Under the pieces are notes generated by a model. It saw only the letters and a list, made by a program, of their open reading frames with translations, did not search any database and had not been told where the DNA came from. A DNA stretch of 61,694 nt, counting the filler, from Cystobasidiomycetes sp. EMM_F5 (taxonomy: Eukaryota), in the NCBI GenBank assembly GCA_051047955.1. It is 4 parts of 4 records of this genome, joined end to end, with 100 filler letters (N's around TTAATTAATTAA, not from the genome) between each part and the next. Parts side by side here need not be neighbours in the genome. Positions count along the whole stretch, not along the records: positions 1 to 21,548 come from JBPGPT010000072.1; positions 21,649 to 36,748 come from JBPGPT010000073.1; 2 more parts are not named here. The stretch is one strand, 5' to 3'. This document shows positions 16,401 through 28,826 of the stretch, piece by piece. The position numbers and the translations under genes are program-made. Within the stretch, counting starts at the first letter, position 1. Every line of letters begins with the position of its first letter.

Positions 16401-17524
16401 ATCGAGATATCCTCGTTTCGCTTGGGCCCTTTGGCTGTCTTCGTCGGACTTGCAGAGCCAGTAGTCAACGTCTTGGCATCAAGGGCGGCACGGAGCTTAT
16501 TGACCATACGCTGCTCTCTGATGACAATGCCAGCCTTCTCATCGAGTAGCTTGTTCCACAGGTCCGGATCCGTCAAAGTTTCGATAACCGGTCGAATGAC
16601 TGCACATGCTACAATCTCCATTGCCACGACGTTCACTGCAGACGAGCCACCCTCCCTTTTAGGCATGACGAGAGGCAAAATATCGCCGATAAGCTGTCGG
16701 AGGTGTTTCTCTTCGCTCGGACGGGAATTCAAGCTGGCATCGCTGACAGCAGCGTGCAGTCCTTTCGTTCCCAACAAGGCAGCATACCTATTAGATAGGA
16801 GAAGATCAAAGTCTTCGCCGTAAGGCGTGGCATTGTACTGCTTCCGTCCGGGGTGTAACGTTTTCAAACGAGGTTCTGAGAATTGTGCATCTGTATTTTC
16901 CCCGTTAAGCGAATCGCTAGACACTTCCATCAATGACCGTTGAGCTTCTTGAAACAGCTGCAAATGCTTCGTGACTTTCGGAAGAATGATTGAGACTCCC
17001 AACGTTGCGAAATCCACATTCATCAGCCGTTGGCGGATGTTGACTGCGACATCGCGCACGCAATGCTCGACTGCCAACTGGAAGGAGCGATTCGTCGGCG
17101 AAATGGACTTTGTGTACCAATCGTCCAGATGATTGCTGAAGATCGTCTCGAGTAGCTTGTCTATGGCTACTGATACAGCTGGCGACGTCGGATGCAGCGG
17201 GGTACGAAACGAAATGTCAGACGACGCTTGTTTGACCTTGCTTCTCAGACGCTCTAGCTGTTGCGGAGTGGCTATGCAAAGGAGCGGCACAATGGGATCA
17301 TGTGTGGCTCCGCTTTGGCCTTGCGCGCCTAGATAATGATTACTGCGGTATGCAGCGCCATACGAAACTGCGAGGTGGAGAACTAAACTTCCAAGAACAG
17401 CCAGCACGAGATATACGGGCGCTAATAGCAGCGTTAATAGCGTTCTGGGATACAGAACCGTAATGGATGCCGATATGGCAACGATAGCCGACCATGACCT
17501 CCAGTCGAGCCGGAGCTTGAGCAT
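13500..17524 (-). CDS. MDM1: PXA-RGS-PX-PXC sorting nexin (Mdm1/SNX13/SNX14-like)
   Basis: N-terminal TM hairpin; PXA (HLDDWYTKSISP...TLTDPDLWN); RGS (LSFFMEYLDRRSRSMLVQFYL); PX (VTRRFSEFVTLHAALK..LPQKR); Nexin_C (WLRRQAIIIILQQVLGGTIERKFRE...MQNRRLNQHLVY). Confidence 0.9.
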
Positions 17525-17705
17525 AGCAGCATGCTTGGGATATTGTTGCAGAAACCTATTTCATATTGTGCATAGTAGACGCAATACAACACATGGACAG
17601 CGTCAAAGCATGTCTCAGACCGAGGATGATGATCGACACTGCCAAACGTCAAGCTGGGACTCGCATGTTGTACACAAGCCAACCCGACCATTCGCATCCT
17701 GCACA

Positions 17706-18441
17706 ATGTATACTCGTCCACTTCGTATGCTGTTCCCTGCCGCCGCAATGCTGTTCGCGGCAGCATCAGGACAACAAGTTCCCTTTGGATCTGACCCGTT
17801 CGGCAAGGGCAGCGAGCCGTCCGTTCCGGCCATGGATTCCGACAAGCCTGTCCTCAGCAGCCTTCTCACCGTAGACCGTAGTCTGTCGATATTCTACGAT
17901 TACCTGCGCGAAAGCACTGGGCTTGTGCGCGAAATCAATCTTTAGGATGATACCGCTGCTAACTCTCCTTGGGTTTCATATATAGGTGGAGCGGCTCAGC
18001 AACTCATTCACCACGACGACAATGTTTGTTCCGCAGAATGCTGCCATCATCTCTATGGCTCGGAAGCCACATCAGGGTCCCGACAGAGCAACGGACAACG
18101 TTGGTCGCTTTGAAACTCAGAACGAAGAGAAGGAGCGCGCAGTATACCTTGAGCATTGGGTCAAGAGTCACATGATATCTGGCACGGAAGTCGGACTCGA
18201 ACCTGGCACGGAATACGAGACTTTGGCGGGCGGAGAACACAAGATCTCGTTTGCCCAAAGCTTGTACTCAGACGGGAATGTGGACTGGCAAAGTGTGCTG
18301 GTACAGCCCGGCAACGCTCGTATTGTGGGCAAGAAAGAGGTATGCGTCCATATTCTTTCTCGCGTGCTTGACAACACTAAGGCCTTCGTTCAACAGGCCA
18401 AAGATGGCATCATATATATTCTGGACAGCCCGCTCTCATAA
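17706..18441 (+). CDS. Secreted FAS1 (fasciclin) domain protein
   Basis: Signal peptide; LSSLLTVDRSLSIFYDYLRES; FAS1 H1-like TMFVPQNAAI..MARKPH; H2-like AKDGIIYILDSPL. Confidence 0.8.
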
Positions 18442-18863
18442 ATCGTGCTCGCAAGACCCGTGTATCGATATGAGAATATTTGTAGCTGACTCGTGTGTAA
18501 GATCACATCTGTGGATGCTTTGACCACAGCATGTTTGGGAATTGGCGGATTGCAGCGTTATCAAAGACGTCGAGAGTTCATAAGCGAAAAGTCCGGCAAA
18601 CGCAAGCGTCGTAGCGCCTCACCTCTAATTGCTCCGTCGCCCTGACTATGTATTCGTCAATGCCCTGCGCTGACCTACTGTACTGACACGTTTCATTGCG
18701 GTTTCTCCCCCATGCGGTTGTGGCAACTCTGTCAAACGCCGTTGGGCACCTTCGGGTGAGTCGCTTCAGTCATCCACGCTGACAGCGTCATACAGCGTGC
18801 CTGCCTCTGGATTCCGCTCCGACTCTGCAACTCTGATTATCCGACCATCTCCAATATAATATA

Positions 18864-20882
18864 ATGTCTGCTCTGGCCTTGAACGACTACAATGAGCTGG
18901 AACGCTTCCTGCGTCTCTTTACCGCCGACGTCGGCGTCATCCAATACGTGGCTACCCTGCGAATGGACATTCTTCACGTCCGCCTCAGCAAGCTGTTGAC
19001 CGGGTTGCAGCACCTGAGCCGTTTCAGCATAGTACCTCGAACGCTTGTTGGAGTAGTCAGAGGGTGCGTCTTTGTCGCATATGCTCATTTCAGCGGAACT
19101 GACGGCGGCGGTGTTGTCAACGGCTTTGTGGCGTCTGACGACCATGGAACGCGTACAGTGTCTTCCAGAGTGCCCTGTCCATCTCCGCCAAGCTTGCGTC
19201 AAACAACATCGTACGGCTTTACGTCCAGCGTCGTACTATCGGTACCGACATTCGGGCGCTGCATGAACGCATTTCGTTGGTTGCTATGCGATTAGGGGCA
19301 AGCTGAAGTGTGCTGCCTTCTCACTCTGCATGCTGAGGCTTCATGTCTATCCCTTACAGCTTCATCACTTCCCATACACTGACAATGACGATTCAAGACT
19401 TGCAGGCATAGACCGTCGCAGGCTGCAGACCCAAATCCAGAACCATGTGGAGAACCCGCATCTGATAGACCTTGCAGTCCGCCGTATCAGGAATGTCGAA
19501 GAAGCTAGAAACACTCGACTTGGAGTCTATGTTGAGCTGCACGAGAGGAGAGACCCTCCGCTCGATCGCACGACGCAGCTCTTTCTGCTTGAAGCACAGC
19601 GAGTGCTTGATAGGATACTGGGTGAGGCTCGCAAGAACGACTAATTGAACCTAGGTCTAATAGCATCCTTTTTGCAGTCAATGCTTCGCCATCTCGCGCA
19701 CCGCTACCGTTATCAGGCGGTATTCCATTACGCCCAGTTCCGCAACGCAGTCGTTCCCGTTCACTTCCACCTGCAACGAAGAGACCGGCACTCATCAATC
19801 CGCTGCTACCGCCAAACAAGCCCGTCCAGCATGTTCGGTGGATTGACGAGGTGCAGGTACCTTCCACCGCTCCCATGCGTCGGCCTATCGATTCAGGCAG
19901 CATGCCTTCTCCTGCCTTGATCAACGCGCTACGTCACGAGCGCCATGCATCGGATACGGACTTCGCGAGGGACCCGTTACTTTTTACTGATGTCTCGCCA
20001 AGCTCTTCTGGTCTCTCCCCGCCTACTCCTACACTGCGTACTAGTTCCACAGTGTTTACCGTGTCCCCTGAGTACGGAGCTATTCCAGCGTTCTCAAGCA
20101 GCTTGCCTACGGACAACAAACCACTGTTCCCGCAATACGATCAGGCTGGACGAAATACTGTCAACACCATGCCATCTCGTCCGCATGCGCCGCTCCGCGT
20201 AGGTACCGGAATCAATACAATGATTCAGTATTGGGATACGCAAGTTCGGCATTCAATCACCTGGAAACCGTTCGAGTATTGGCTCTGGCCAATTCCACCA
20301 TCGAAGGCACGGGTGATGGACAGCCATGATTTGCCAATTGAGCCTCTCAGCATCGTACGCATCGTAACGAGATTCAGTGCATACGACGACATCTTAGCGC
20401 TCGCACTCGTGAATGGCGTAATTGAGCCATCTGTCTCACCACGAATCCTCTCTGCAGCAGATGCTGCGATTGACCATCGCCTGCAAGTCATTCAGATCTT
20501 CGACATTCGAGGCACAATTTGGCTCGCGTGTGTGGCTAAAGTCGCCGCTGTCGCTGGCAGTAAGAGACAGCCAGGTTTGATACCACTAGCAGCAGTCGTG
20601 GCAGATCGTGTGGGTGCCCAAACACTTTCAAGCACACCTCCCAAAGTCGATGCACCACTGCACAGCTCGACACGCACATATACGGCGATTTTCACGACAA
20701 TTGGACAGTCTGGAACACACAAGCGAGGGCGTGTAACTTGCCTCATTCGTCCGAGACGGCTCAGCTACTGTGAGATTCCAAAAGAAGGCATATCTGGCAA
20801 TCCGTCCTGGAAACACGTAAGTATAGCCTCTGATCTTGTAAAAAAATTCGCTAATCATCCGACCTCTGTAGTTTCCGTATAA
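18864..20882 (+). CDS. Hypothetical protein, multi-exon (5' end uncertain)
   Basis: ORFs 18864..19295, 19330..19644 and 19851..20882. A plausible intron (GTGAGG ~19622 to TTTGCAG ~19677) joins the last two in frame. No family recognised. Confidence 0.45.
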
Positions 20883-21487
20883 TCGAATGGTCTCACTACG
20901 CCATGCCGAACCCACAACACACATCATTATGGTGTTTCGAGAAACTGCCACATTTGACCGTACCGTTGATATTGCACTATCCGATCCTATCGTCGCCCGC
21001 CATTTCTACGAAGACATGCTTACTATGCATAGCCTCCAGATCAATGCATCGCTTTCTTGATGAAAGAGGTAAAGCCTCTGGCCCGTGTCTTATGTACGCT
21101 AATGTTACTTTGATAATCTGTAATAATTCGACCGCGCAATCACTCTTCAATTCTTCCGTCTTTACAATATAATCAAGCAGAGCATGCATGGACATAGATA
21201 CTTCGTTCGAGTAATAAACGAGTAGAGCAAGATCTCCTCTCAGGCCACGCCGTGACAAATATCCAGCAAACAAATCGCGCTTCGTTGTCGGTGAATGCAC
21301 AAGACGTCAAAGTGGTCTGATTCTTAGAGAACAGAAGGATACATTCATGTGGCTATCGCCGATACATATCTGCCGCCCGAAGGCTACCGCAATCTGTTAC
21401 ATTGCCTATCATGTCGAGCCAATTTGACATTACGCATGCCATGCGCTTCCTTCGAGGAAGTACGCCTGAATCCGGAGGACTCGACAA

Positions 21488-21547
21488 TTACGCTCCGAAA
21501 CCGTAGAGGGTTCTGCCTTGTCTCTTGAGAGCATAGACGACGTCGAG
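21488..21547 (-). CDS. HHF: Second histone H4, 3' end only (truncated by contig end)
   Basis: Reverse strand reads LDVVYALKRQGRTLYGFGA*; 4 differences in 60 nt versus the copy at 2-61, none changing the protein. Confidence 0.97.
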   Translation of the reverse strand, partial: LDVVYALKRQGRTLYGFGA

Positions 21548-21548
21548 G

Positions 21549-21648
21549 NNNNNNNNNNNNNNNNNNNNNNNNNNNNNNNNNNNNNNNNNNNNTTAATTAA
21601 TTAANNNNNNNNNNNNNNNNNNNNNNNNNNNNNNNNNNNNNNNNNNNN
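21549..21648. other. Artificial contig linker
   Basis: N44 + TTAATTAATTAA (stops in all six frames) + N44. Confidence 0.99.
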
Positions 21649-22727
21649 GCGAGCCAATGCAAAGCAATTTGCCTCCACGTCGCACTGGGAAGCCAGTCAG
21701 TAGCATGCGGAAGCAAATCTATGGAGACAAACCAATTTGTTGAGAGTCCTCGAATGTCTGGTGCGTCCCCACGAAATCAAGTACAATATCGATCAAAACA
21801 TTGCGTTCTGAGACGAACGCTTGTGGTGATACACCAAGAGGCACCACATCCGAGTGAGGCACGCCGAGAGCTATGGCGTCTTCCAGTCGCTCTTGCTTTA
21901 CATCGCAAACGACGACTCTTGCACCAATATTAAGTACGATCTGGAGGGCATTGAACCCTAAGCCTCCCAATCCGAAGAGAAAACAGACGTCTGAAGTCTT
22001 CACTTCTCCACGGCGATGTATAGCATGGTATGCTGTGGTGACAGCATCTGTAGCGACTGCCGCCGCTGCCGGACTGACTCCTGTATAAATGGTCAGCGCG
22101 AGTTATAGCAAGCCGGGGACTTTTACCTTTAGGAACCGATACTACTCCTCGGATGTTAACGACAGTGTACGGCGCGTAGAACCCGTCTTGGCCGATGCCA
22201 CTATGGTGTCCCAACTGGCAGATTTGTGCTAGATCTCGTGAGCACTCAGGACAGGCAGTGGACCCGCATCCAGGAGTTGCCAAGAGAGCAACAACGGAGC
22301 CCTGCAGTGCAGTATGAGAAGCATTCAGCTACTCTGCCGGTGTGGTCTCTCACAACGTGTAAGCCATCTCGCTCAGCCCCTTCTCCAAATTGCACAATTT
22401 CCCCGCAGCCTTCGTGGCCCTGTATTGCGCGTGCTTAGCTTCCGAAGCGTTGTGGAGATGTTATCACCAAGCTACGAGCGTAAACTTCTCTTGAAACCAG
22501 GCTGGTTGGATTTCTCTTGTCAAAAGAGAGTGATCGCTGCGACAGACTGTCCCATACGTTAGCTTTGGTCAGATGCTGCACACAGTCGGCGAATCCGTAC
22601 CTCCAGCCGCAAGAAGCTTCACCAATACTTCGTTCTGGCCTGGCTTAGGCACGGCCACCTCTTCCCAAATGGGCTCCATGTTTCCTCTGTGTTTTCGCCA
22701 TGCAAACATGGTCTTTGGCGGGTGCAT
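21649..22727 (-). CDS. Zn-dependent medium-chain alcohol dehydrogenase, 3'-truncated by contig end
   Basis: EVLVKLLAAG|VCRSD, GHEGCG, structural-zinc CGSTACPECSRDLAQIC, ATDAVTTAYHA, GLGGLG NAD-binding motif. Confidence 0.9.
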
Positions 22728-23019
22728 CTTGTAGTATGACTGCTTGGAATTGCGTCTCTTCCAGGTCGTAATTGATAATCTTTCGTTGTCCCCAGCATCA
22801 GCCTGGACTACCCAAGCAGGGCTCGGCGGCAGCTAGTCGCCCGGCATTCCCGCACGTGCTACCCACAGAATCTCGGCTTCAATTTGTGTGATAAATTACC
22901 GTTCCAAGTATCTTCTTCGCCGTTCGGCCCGAATCAGCCACGGATGTATGTAGCGTAAAGAGTGGCTTTCTTTACTCAGTCAGTATTGTAGTCTGGTCGT
23001 TAGTTTCTTTCAGTAGAAC

Positions 23020-24303
23020 ATGGAGCAATACAGCTACAGAGGTCCGTTCAAGCACGACTTCGACGTTGATCGGTCCCAGCTCGAAGGCCAGTCTGTCGTC
23101 TTTACAGGAGGAGCCAATGGTCAGCAGCTTGATGTCTCCCCATCCTGCAATTGCTGACGACGGACGTATGCAGGCATCGGGGAGACATGCGTCCGCGAAT
23201 TCGTGGCCAGCGGGGCTTTTGTCACCTTTGGAGACCTCGACTTGAAACGCGGGCAAGAGATTCAGGACGAGCTTAACAAGGATAAACAACGCTGCATCTT
23301 TGTTCAGTGTGATATCCGCGACTGGGATCAGCAAAAGGCGATGTTCGAGGCTGCCGTAACGCATAGCCCGCACCATTCTGTCGACATTGTCTGCGCAAAT
23401 GCTGGGATCAGTCGTAGTTCAGGAGACAGTCTATGGACTTTGGATGGTATGCTCTGAGCACTAATGTGCTGACAACAGCGTCCGCTGACAGCCGCGGACT
23501 CTCTACTTTGCGCATCTCTTACCACATACTGCAGACCCAAATGCTGAGCCGGTCAAGCCAAAGCTCAACATTGTCAATGTCAATATGATTGGAACTCTAT
23601 ACACCTTTAAGCTTGCTGTGCACTACTTCCGGAAACAGCCTATGAATGAGGAACGCAATCGCGTATTTATCATCACAGGGAGTCTCACCACTTTCATCGA
23701 CTCTCCCGTAGGCTTTGCCACGACTAAGACAACGGCACTTTGTTCATTAGCTGACTTCGTTCGTTGCTGTGCAGGCAAATTGGGAATACACGGCAACAAA
23801 ATATGGTCTACGCGGTCTCATGCGAACAGTCCGGAGAAACAGTCACGAGCAAGGCATCCGCATCGCGCACGTTGCGCCGGCTTTTACCAAGAGTGAGTAC
23901 ACATAAGAATTGCGGAAATTTGCAGGACTGACCCCACGCTTAAGGTGCTATACGAACTGTCGAATACGAAAAATGGCTTACAGATCGCGGAGTAGAATTT
24001 GCAGAACAGGTGGACGTGTTCAACTGTATGGCGCGTATCAGTCTTGATAAGCGCATCAACGGTATGTCGAAAGTCACCCGTCGCGCTCGCACAAGCTGAC
24101 ATATATACCAAGGCCGCACATTCATGATCGTACCACGAGCCCATGTCAAAGAAGGTTTCGCTGATGTTGACCGGGAAGATTATAAGGAAGGCGTTCAAGA
24201 GGATGACTACATGAATCGTTTACAACAATTACAGCTGAAAATTATTGAAGACAAATGGGGAGACGGGCAGAAAGTTAGGGACACTGGGCTACTTAAACGC
24301 TAA
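23020..24303 (+). CDS. Short-chain dehydrogenase/reductase
   Basis: TGGAN|GIG, DIVCANAGIS, catalytic YTATK, GIRIAHVAP; stop at 24301-24303. Confidence 0.9.
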
Positions 24304-24565
24304 ATCCCTCAGCGAGGTGTACTTTACATCACAAGGTAGTGTAGCAATGCAAAATTCATGGCTTCGAGTCGCGGCGTTAGATTCAGATGTGCCCGCCTTT
24401 CTTCGATGATCGCGAAGGTCGATTGCTGTACGTTCGTCAGCGAGGGTGCACAAGGTGCCAGCGGCAGCATACTGCCCGAGACGTTCGCAAGAGATGCTTG
24501 TCGTTCGGAGGGCGTAAGGCCGTCATCACTGCTGTTGCATTGGCCTCGACAGCGAGACGATGCGA

Positions 24566-25060
24566 CTACGTCGGAAGCGTCTCGTGCAGCCAGGCGAAGG
24601 CCTGGTCATCAAGGACCCCGCTTGCTCCGGGTTCTTGTTCGAAAATATCGTTAAGCATAGCGTTCGAGAATTCGAAACTCCAATTCAGGTCCGGATCCAT
24701 GGTGTATCCGGCAGCAAGAGATGATGGAAGAGCAGCTTCTGGCAATGGACTGGCACGGCGTAGGCTTTGCGTTGAACTAAGTCCTGAGAAATCTGTGGTT
24801 GTGAGGGTCGATGCAGGAACGGCATTATTACCAAAAGTGGCTTTCTGCGACCACATACCAGTCGCTTCGTCCGAGATCGGTGTGTGATTATCCAGTGATT
24901 TGAATGCTGTTCGGAACCAAGAGGCCACTGGCCGGACTTGTGAGAGTTCTTTTGCTGCAAGACCGCATATGGCCAGGCGATGTCGCGACAACTCGCGAAG
25001 AGTTGCATTCGAAGAAAGACGCTCTGACAGATGTTGAGCCATGGCACTAAATAAACAAGT
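24566..25060 (-). pseudogene. Orphan last exon of a paralog of the Zn2Cys6 factor at 33737-36554
   Basis: TCLFSAMAQHLSERLSSNATLRELSRHRLAICGLAAKELSQVRPVASWFRTAF...FAWLHETLPT matches 33737-34222. An in-frame stop lies just upstream and no other exons are present. Confidence 0.85.
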
Positions 25061-25177
25061 TCATAGTAGCGCTTATTGCGGCATCTGTTGTTGCAATCCT
25101 ATCGTCGTTGCAGTGCTACTCAGCGTCACCCAATTACAACATCGCCTCTGGTCATGTTTGCAACTAGACTTTGACGT

Positions 25178-26701
25178 TCACTTCTTGTACTTGCGAGATG
25201 GTGATAAACGCTTGACCGTGGCTGTTGCCTTAGCCGCCCCTCGCTGGAACATTGCGGGTAGGCTGCCAGCTGCCGCAGATTGCGATTTGGTGGGAGGAAC
25301 AGCCGCCTTCGACGATCCTGCAGTAGCAATCTGCTGTTGTGCAGACATGTCGACCGCGTCAAGCAGTTGGCCGCTCCCGCTGGTTGCGGATTCGCCAGTC
25401 GTTGACGCAGCTGATTTCGCATCCTCCTTGGCTCGTTCTCTCAGAATATTCTTACGTCCAGGTATCGTGTAGTCGCCAATGACGTAGTCCCGACTCTCGG
25501 GCAAGATTTGGCCTGACAGCACGCCGCGACGCAGCAAGCAGCCGAAAGCGTTGGAATTATACATGTCGTAAAGTACGTATTCATTTTTGGCTTTTGCTCG
25601 TTGTGCCCAGGTTCGTTGATCACCCTCTTTTGCGGGGGCAGGCTGTCGGATGTAGGAGGATTTCAAGAAAGTGCGCGTTTCCACTCGGGCGTTCGGGATG
25701 TGGGGATCGAAGTTCAGGTACACCAGCTCGTGTCTGTCTTTTCCCGGATCCAGACGGACGATAGGGTAGAAAAATGCCCCTTGATTCCAGCCAAAGACAG
25801 AAGGATCGAGGGCAGTTTTGCAGATTCCCCTCTTTTCATCGCGATCTCCGAATGCATTCTGCGGCAATGGTGCTAGATCCCTTTCCATGCAGTTGTTAAT
25901 CTCGTCGTCGTCTGTGCAATACCACCATCTTATCGTGCGTTTCTTCTGGCCAACGGCTTCGTCTGCGGAAATAACAAACCAAGTCGACTCTTGTGCAGCC
26001 TCTTTTGTCAGTCCTGTGACGCCAGCGCGCGCACCGTTGGAGGGCGCTGCACAAATGTCGTGTCAGGAATGCTTACGATTGGCTAGCGTGTCATAATTAC
26101 TGTGCACGAGACCTCCGCGAACAAGTCTGTCGGCCCAGAATCTACCGGAGGGAGTAGTCCTCGACGCTCCCCATCCCCACCGCCAAATATCGCGGGGCAC
26201 AGTACGTCGCGCCTTCTCCAGCTCTTCTGCGGTCATGCGACGCGCAGCTCGGAATGCTGGGACCGTATCGAATCGAATTTCTTTGAACTGAGAATCCCAC
26301 CAAAAGATTGCTCCCGCACCCCTGATACTGCCAGCCTGAGTGTGGGCTTCGCTAACTTTGCCTAGGTCAACGTCGTTGCTGGCTCCTTGTGCACCGTTCA
26401 TAGCATAATATTCTGAAGTCGTCCTCTCCTGTACGCGAGACAAACTTCAAGCCAACGTGTGGGTCTTGATGTTGCTTTTCGCGGTCCAGGGTAGTGAGGG
26501 CGCCTGGAATGTCTAGTCGCACAGTCAACGACAAGATCATGATTGTAATGCATCGGCCTTACTGATGGGTGATTGTCTATTTCTATACGCCTCTCCTACT
26601 TTACCCTGAAGACGTTTCATCAGGGGTTCATGGTATTGACGCTCAAAAGCGATAGCGTCTGCATCACTCCGCCAGTCTCTTGCGCGAAAGATGTTGGTCA
26701 T
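25178..26701 (-). CDS. Hypothetical protein, possibly disrupted in its 5' part
   Basis: Long coding-like ORFs 25178..25888 (open upstream to ~26060) and 26063..26443; upstream ATG exon MTNIFRARDW near 26701. No family recognised. Confidence 0.45.
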
Positions 26702-26845
26702 TTGCTTGGTCGTAGCGTAGGCAGAGTTAAATTGCGGCGAAAATGGTAAGGGATTGGAGTTGGCATAAATTCAAACGTGACATCCCAACTTGACTTGACC
26801 ACCAAACTTGACCGCCGCCCAAATTCCGACTTTACAAACACGCAG

Positions 26846-28242
26846 ATGGCGTCCAACATGGAGACTCACACTCGTGCAGCGTACCTGCCTCTGACTGCAG
26901 ACGAGCTGGCCATTCGTCTGGCTGGCATTCAAATTCGTCAGGATGAACGGGCTCGCCGTTTCGGATTTACCCAGCCAGCGAACGAAACGCCCATCCCATC
27001 GCTCATGAGAGCAGACGAGACATCAGGGCGTCAACCATCGGATGTCAAGACGACTGAACAGGATGATCAACTGGCTGATGACCAGGTCACTGAGGACCTT
27101 GACGCATTTGAAGAGTATTACGCAGGTCAGTCCTCATCCTCCGTGTCTTTCGAGTCCGTCGCCGATGTCAACTATTCTGCAGTAGATGCTGTTCAGCGTG
27201 CTCACGACGTAGGGGAAGGTATGGCGGAGGAGGACGAAGACACATGGCCGGAGATGGATAGCGATGCCGGCGACGATGGCGATGAGGAACCCTCCCTCAT
27301 TAGTTCCAAGCTTCACGGGCTGCTGGCAAAAGCTCTAGCGGCACTGCTTTATTTCGAAAATGCTTTCTCCGCCAAAAAATTGGCTCCGGCTTCTCCGTAC
27401 GCACTTATCGGCATTTCGGTGACAACATGCCGCCGTTACTGATTTTTGACTCACCCAGGCACCAACAAGAGGCAAGAGAAGTCTTAGCCAAGCTCTTTGA
27501 CAAGCATTTCGACCACATCGGCTGGCTCACGCCCCTCAGCTGGGACAACGAATTTGATGCATGCCTGACTCAAGACCATGACAATCTGCTCAAGCTAGTC
27601 TCATGCGGCAAAGCTGAGCTGCAGGACAACATCAAGACCAGGGTCAAATCTGCTTTCGCGTCTTCATTCCGCAAATATCTGAAGTGTAACAATTCTGTTT
27701 ACATCTGGGCTTTCCGCATGGAAGGCAAGCTTGTGGCCAACCATGCTAAAAGAGTTGCAGCCGCTCGCCCAGCCTGGCAAATGGCTTGCAAGGAACTGCA
27801 AACAAATGCTGACAAGATCTGGCTGATATACGTCGGACAGACAAGCAGTGGAACACCCGACCAGCGCTTCAGAGCCGTTTTGACAGAGGCGGGAAAGGAA
27901 GGTATCCATAGCAATGCTTTCTGCTCGGCAATGCTGTTAGTCATGTTCGAGCATCCAGAGGTTGCGAAGATGGCTGGCGACACCCGCCTTGGCAAGAAGA
28001 AGCGTCGGGAAGCGGTCATGAAACGATTCGAAAATCTTCACCTAGTACTGGCCATTACACCCAAGCCGGACGTCCGTGATAATCTGGAGGTTGCTTTCAT
28101 CGGTCACTTGGGCAATGTGAACATCGCACATGGCGGTCTGTACTCGAACCGCAAAGGTTACGGAGAACACGCACAGCTTTTACCAGGCATAGTCGATCCT
28201 TTCGCAAACTGTAAGCCCGACATTCCTCACTCTAAAATGTAG
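26846..28242 (+). CDS. GIY-YIG-like nuclease-domain protein with acidic N-terminus
   Basis: Intron GTACGC..CACCCAG joins ORFs 26777..27442 and 27427..28242 in frame. Motifs SVYIWAF ... LIYVGQTS ... QRF ... LEVAFIG ... NVNIAHGG follow the GIY / YIG / R / E / N order. Confidence 0.6.
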
Positions 28243-28307
28243 CGAACTGAACGGAGGTACGCAGGCTTCATATTCGCAGATTCTCCTCCACCCCGCGAAG
28301 ACAAGCT

Positions 28308-28826
28308 ATGAGCAAGTACCTGCTCAAAGCGCGCTTAAGCTGTTTCGCGCGGCGCAGCGGAGGAGGTATTCCAAGCGGTCCAATCATTATCGACGCTTGG
28401 CCGTATGACAAATCCAACACTCATATACATCAATCACAGGCGGTTGCTACAGCCCCGGAGATGCATGCCGACAGCAAAATTGCTCTACGCGCCGAGTTCG
28501 AAAAACCCGGCACCATTGGCATCATGGTATTCGGGAAAGGACCACTCGTCGCGCTCTATAAAGAGCTTGAACAATCGTACGGAGTGACTCATCTGATGGC
28601 AGATCACCCTGGAACCCAAACATCGAGATGGGCTTGGGGCAAGACTCAACGTTTCAATATCAACGACAGGTCGTATGTCTTGTCTTGCATGCCAAGCCCT
28701 GGCTTCATGGTATATGGCGGGCCAGAGGTCGAGAACGGCGGGAGTGACATATGTTGGGCGGTATTTGCCATGTTTGCTGCTAGAGTGGACACGGTCGCCC
28801 GAGAATTAGGATTGCGAACAGAATAA
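28308..28826 (+). CDS. Possible uracil-DNA-glycosylase-like fold ORF (separate gene or frameshifted C-terminus of the GIY-YIG gene)
   Basis: IIIDAWPY ... GIMVFGKGP ... VLSCMPSPGF resembles UDG-superfamily motif spacing. The obvious splice from GTAAGC at 28211 gives a different frame. Confidence 0.35.
   Translation: MSKYLLKARLSCFARRSGGGIPSGPIIIDAWPYDKSNTHIHQSQAVATAPEMHADSKIALRAEFEKPGTIGIMVFGKGPLVALYKELEQSYGVTHLMADHPGTQTSRWAWGKTQRFNINDRSYVLSCMPSPGFMVYGGPEVENGGSDICWAVFAMFAARVDTVARELGLRTE

Noticed and set aside
21593..21604. TTAATTAATTAA palindrome repeated three times in the window (piggyBac-like TTAA)
   Set aside because: Each copy is centred in identical N runs; it is a synthetic six-frame-stop linker.
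25045..25049. CACTA at the left edge of the inserted block, suggesting a CACTA transposon end
   Set aside because: It lies inside sequence still homologous to the transcription factor exon (TCLFSAM vs TALFAAM), and no matching terminus was seen.
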